Part shown: positions 61,587-64,000 of the stretch, in pieces
Numbering within the stretch: position 1 is the stretch's first letter
Layout: each line of letters begins with the position of its first letter
NCBI GenBank assembly: GCA_965218425.1
Contig: OZ244621.1
Span: 736,001 to 800,000, forward strand
Direction of reading: 5' to 3'
Length of the DNA: 64,000 bases
From: an uncultured Candidatus Binatia bacterium
Lineage (GTDB): Bacteria > Desulfobacterota > Binatia > UBA9968 > CAXXLF01
The notes under the pieces: generated by a model
Seen by the model: only the letters and a program-made list of their open reading frames with translations
Database searches by the model: none
What the model was told of the DNA's origin: nothing
Made by a program: the position numbers and the translations under genes

Positions 61587-61777
61587 GCGCAGAGCGCGAT
61601 CGGTACTGAGCAACCAGGACTGAGTACCGAGCCGTCGAAATCGAAGATTGGGGATCGAAGATCGACAATTGAAAGTCCTGCCGTCGCTAGCTTATATTCG
61701 CGTCATCAGTGGTTTGTAATTGTTTTTTGCCATCCGCTTTACTTTCCGTATTTCGCGCCATGCGCTTTGCGCTATGC
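61586..61777. repeat. Composite palindromic heptamer-repeat element
   Basis: agcgcagagcgc (61586-61597) / gcgctttgcgct (61762-61773) inverted repeat enclosing a cggtact..agtaccg hairpin and atcgaag repeats. Confidence 0.5.
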
Positions 61778-61807
61778 AGCAAAAATCACGATCTTTTCAG
61801 GGCGATT

Positions 61808-62419
61808 CTACATATTCGCCTTAACCGAGGGACGTTCTTTCATCCTCTGAAGCCAGGATCCAAGCCGCGGGATTGACGTTGCCGGCAGCACTTCGAACAT
61901 TTCCAGACGGAGAAACCGGGGGACGAGGGCAATATCCAACAGGGTGAACTCCCCCATGAAATAATCTTTGTTTCCAATTTCATTTTCAAGATATTCTAGA
62001 AGCTCCCTCAACTGCCGGGTTGTCTTCTCAATTAAGTTCCAGTCCCGTTCGCCATCATCCGTCTTGACGTAAAGCTCGGCCCGTATTGCCCAATACAGAG
62101 GTTGGATATAGTTGAGACCATAATCGGTAAGCACACGTATCCGTGCTCTCTGGAAGGGGTCCTTGGGCATCAAAGGGGGACTTGGGTAGGTTTCATCGAG
62201 ATACTCGTTGATGACGCACGATTCATAGAGCACGTTTTGCCCATCGACGATCACAGGCACCTTTCCATAGGGGTTGAGCTTGAGAAACTCGGGCTTTTTC
62301 TGTTCCCTCTTCTTGAGATCAATGGGCTCGATTTCGTAGGAGAGCCCCTTTTCGTGCAGAGCGATTTCCACTCTTTGACAGTTGGGCGAGGGACCATAAT
62401 CGTAAAGTTTGATGGCCAT
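61808..62419 (-). CDS. Glutathione S-transferase family protein
   Basis: SPNC, LNPYGKVP, YESCVINEYL, FTLLD. Confidence 0.9.
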   Translation of the reverse strand: MAIKLYDYGPSPNCQRVEIALHEKGLSYEIEPIDLKKREQKKPEFLKLNPYGKVPVIVDGQNVLYESCVINEYLDETYPSPPLMPKDPFQRARIRVLTDYGLNYIQPLYWAIRAELYVKTDDGERDWNLIEKTTRQLRELLEYLENEIGNKDYFMGEFTLLDIALVPRFLRLEMFEVLPATSIPRLGSWLQRMKERPSVKANM

Positions 62420-62498
62420 GGCATTTCGCAAATAATTTAATTACCGAAGTGACGGCATGGTGCGTAGGGCATGCCCTTGTGGCTAAGATTACTCCTCC

Positions 62499-62942
62499 TC
62501 AAAAGGCTTTTCGGTCCGAGGCAGGGGTATTGGCAGTAGCAGGTGGCGACAAGTCCCAGCCTTTCGTGAAAACGTCCATAATGACACCGTTAGGTCCCCT
62601 AAATTTTTCCTCGAAGTAAAATTCGTGGCCGGTCCCTCCAGCGGTTCCGAGTTTTTTCGCATCGGTAGATGCGATTTGAGCATTTGTTTCTTCGAGGTTA
62701 TCTACTTTAAACCCTAGATGATGAAGCCCTTCAAAATTGACACCCCCTTCCATACCCGCCGCCTCGTCGGAGGGAAAATTCAAGAAGGCAAAGTTGATAT
62801 GTCCATCGGTGAGAAATACACCGCCTCCCCGCGGTGAGGTTGGGACCCTTTTGATGAACTTAAGGCCAAACACTTTTTGGTAAAACGCCGCCGTTTTTTC
62901 CGGGTCTTTTGTTGCGATAGTAATGTGACGTAAACGGGATAT
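62499..62942 (-). CDS. VOC family protein; expected start codon reads ATA
   Basis: Frame extends upstream of the ORF call to (I)SRLRHITIATKDPEKTAAFYQKVFG after an agagg RBS; LTDGHINFAFL, GLHHLGF, EEKFRGPNG. Confidence 0.75.
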   Translation of the reverse strand: MSRLRHITIATKDPEKTAAFYQKVFGLKFIKRVPTSPRGGGVFLTDGHINFAFLNFPSDEAAGMEGGVNFEGLHHLGFKVDNLEETNAQIASTDAKKLGTAGGTGHEFYFEEKFRGPNGVIMDVFTKGWDLSPPATANTPASDRKAF

Positions 62943-62988
62943 AATATTTTTCCTCCTCTGGGATGGAACTCGGTTTAGCCCTTGGGCA

Positions 62989-63695
62989 CTATTTTACCTC
63001 TTCCATAGCACGAGCAACCCCACCTAAAAACACCTGCCAAAAGTCACAGGACTCCCTTGAAGCAGCCACAACGCCCTCCCACTCTGTGTCAGAGGTAATG
63101 TATTTATCTAAAATCCCCGTTGTCTGGCCCTTGTGGTTAGTGTCGGTCTCTCGGTGGATTCTAAAGTTTGGAATCTGCTCTTCCTTAAGACCAAGATCTT
63201 CCATCCAGCGATTCTGGGCACGGGTTTGATGGGCCCCACCCGGTACAATACTATCAATATTTATGCGCTCTAACACCGCGACTCCTCCCAGGGCCTCCAG
63301 CCATGGTTTCTGAATCGCAAGACAGATCCACCCGCAAAGTGCCGCACGTGTGGACGGTAAAGGTATAGCGTTGTTAACCTGCTCTTCTGTCAAACCAACT
63401 GCCTTGCCATGGATAACCCACAAGCTGTAATGATCGGATCTGCACCGGGAATCATAAACAAGTTCTTCCGATTCGTGCTTGATAAGTTCTCGCTTTACTT
63501 CCAGATAAGGACAGCGAGCCAAAAGATAGGCCCACGAGGTCCTCCGATGCCGCACAAACAGTCCGAATTGCTGGCAATAATCTGCGCACGTTTTGTGGTT
63601 AGTCGCGTCGCGTAAAACTTCTTAACATCGGGGGTCTCAAAGGTCTCACGTGTTAGCTGATTCACGGCCCCTTCGTATTTATCTCTAGAGCTCAT
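62989..63695 (-). pseudogene. PqqC/TenA-like heme-oxygenase-fold iron redox protein, single-base frameshift near 63573
   Basis: N-terminal ORF 63495..63695 joins 62989..63555 via IIA/QQFGLFVRHRR; HESEE, DH, E, H..TD..H metal-ligand pattern. Confidence 0.7.
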
Positions 63696-63917
63696 TCCGA
63701 AACCCCTTACTGAAGGAGACTTGGGTTTAGTAATTCATGCTGGCAATTGTGTGCGAAAAGATACATTACCTCTTGGACCCTGTCAACTTACATAAGTTCT
63801 TCTCAACTGAAAGGCGAGGCGTTGAAATCTCACATGACAACTATGAAGCCGTGGGCGGGGTAGTTGCAATGGGAAGAAAGAAAAGTGTAAGAGATGGAGT
63901 GAAGGAGTAAGGATTTC

Positions 63918-64000
63918 ATGGCCGATCAAGAATGGGATGTCATCCTTATCGGGGCAGGTCAAAACAACTTCGCTCTGGGCACTTATCTCGGACTGGCCGG
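63918..64000 (+). CDS. NAD(P)/FAD-dependent oxidoreductase (phytoene dehydrogenase-like), N-terminus; runs off the window
   Basis: MADQEWDVILIGAGQNNFALGTYLGLAG; aaggag RBS. Confidence 0.7.
   Translation, partial: MADQEWDVILIGAGQNNFALGTYLGLA

Noticed and set aside
1..64000. CRISPR array, integron attC array, rRNA, tmRNA, RNase P RNA, SRP RNA, selC
   Set aside because: No regularly spaced repeats or recognisable conserved motifs were found by eye

Overview
Bacterial chromosomal window with no rRNA, CRISPR array or prophage. The gene repertoire (several amidohydrolase_2 proteins, two UbiD decarboxylases, a Bug/TctC receptor, a citryl-CoA lyase-like protein, a Rieske oxygenase, a xanthine-oxidase-family Mo enzyme, PolB, tRNA-Arg(UCG)) suggests a deltaproteobacterial-type or Binatia-like organism; this is inference only. 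Core content: a basic-amino-acid catabolism locus (TIGR00300, ALDH, saccharopine/lysine dehydrogenase), family-B DNA polymerase, cytochrome c', a long minus-strand sulfur-assimilation/tetrapyrrole run (sulfite reductase, hypothetical, cysH'-'sat, cysG, hemD, ccsA, hemA, hemC-hemD fusion, hemB), leuCD, nptA-phoU, cysS, and two IS elements (IS1182 family with an intact ORF; IS1595 family with perfect 18-bp TIRs and an 8-bp TSD). Several signals are missing from the ORF track. (1) A glutathione S-transferase has an in-frame UGA at its catalytic C-P-F position, followed 11 nt later by a SECIS-like hairpin, so it is a probable selenoprotein. (2) A chimeric cysH/sat gene is joined at a shared EDVALLD microhomology, which breaks sulfate activation while sulfite reductase and CysG stay intact. 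(3) An otherwise perfect ALDH carries a single amber codon. (4) Two promoter-driven, structured, ORF-less segments are sRNA candidates. (5) A duplicated leader-plus-gene unit brackets a secreted amidohydrolase. About 15 pseudogenes or fragments indicate ongoing decay of accessory genes.
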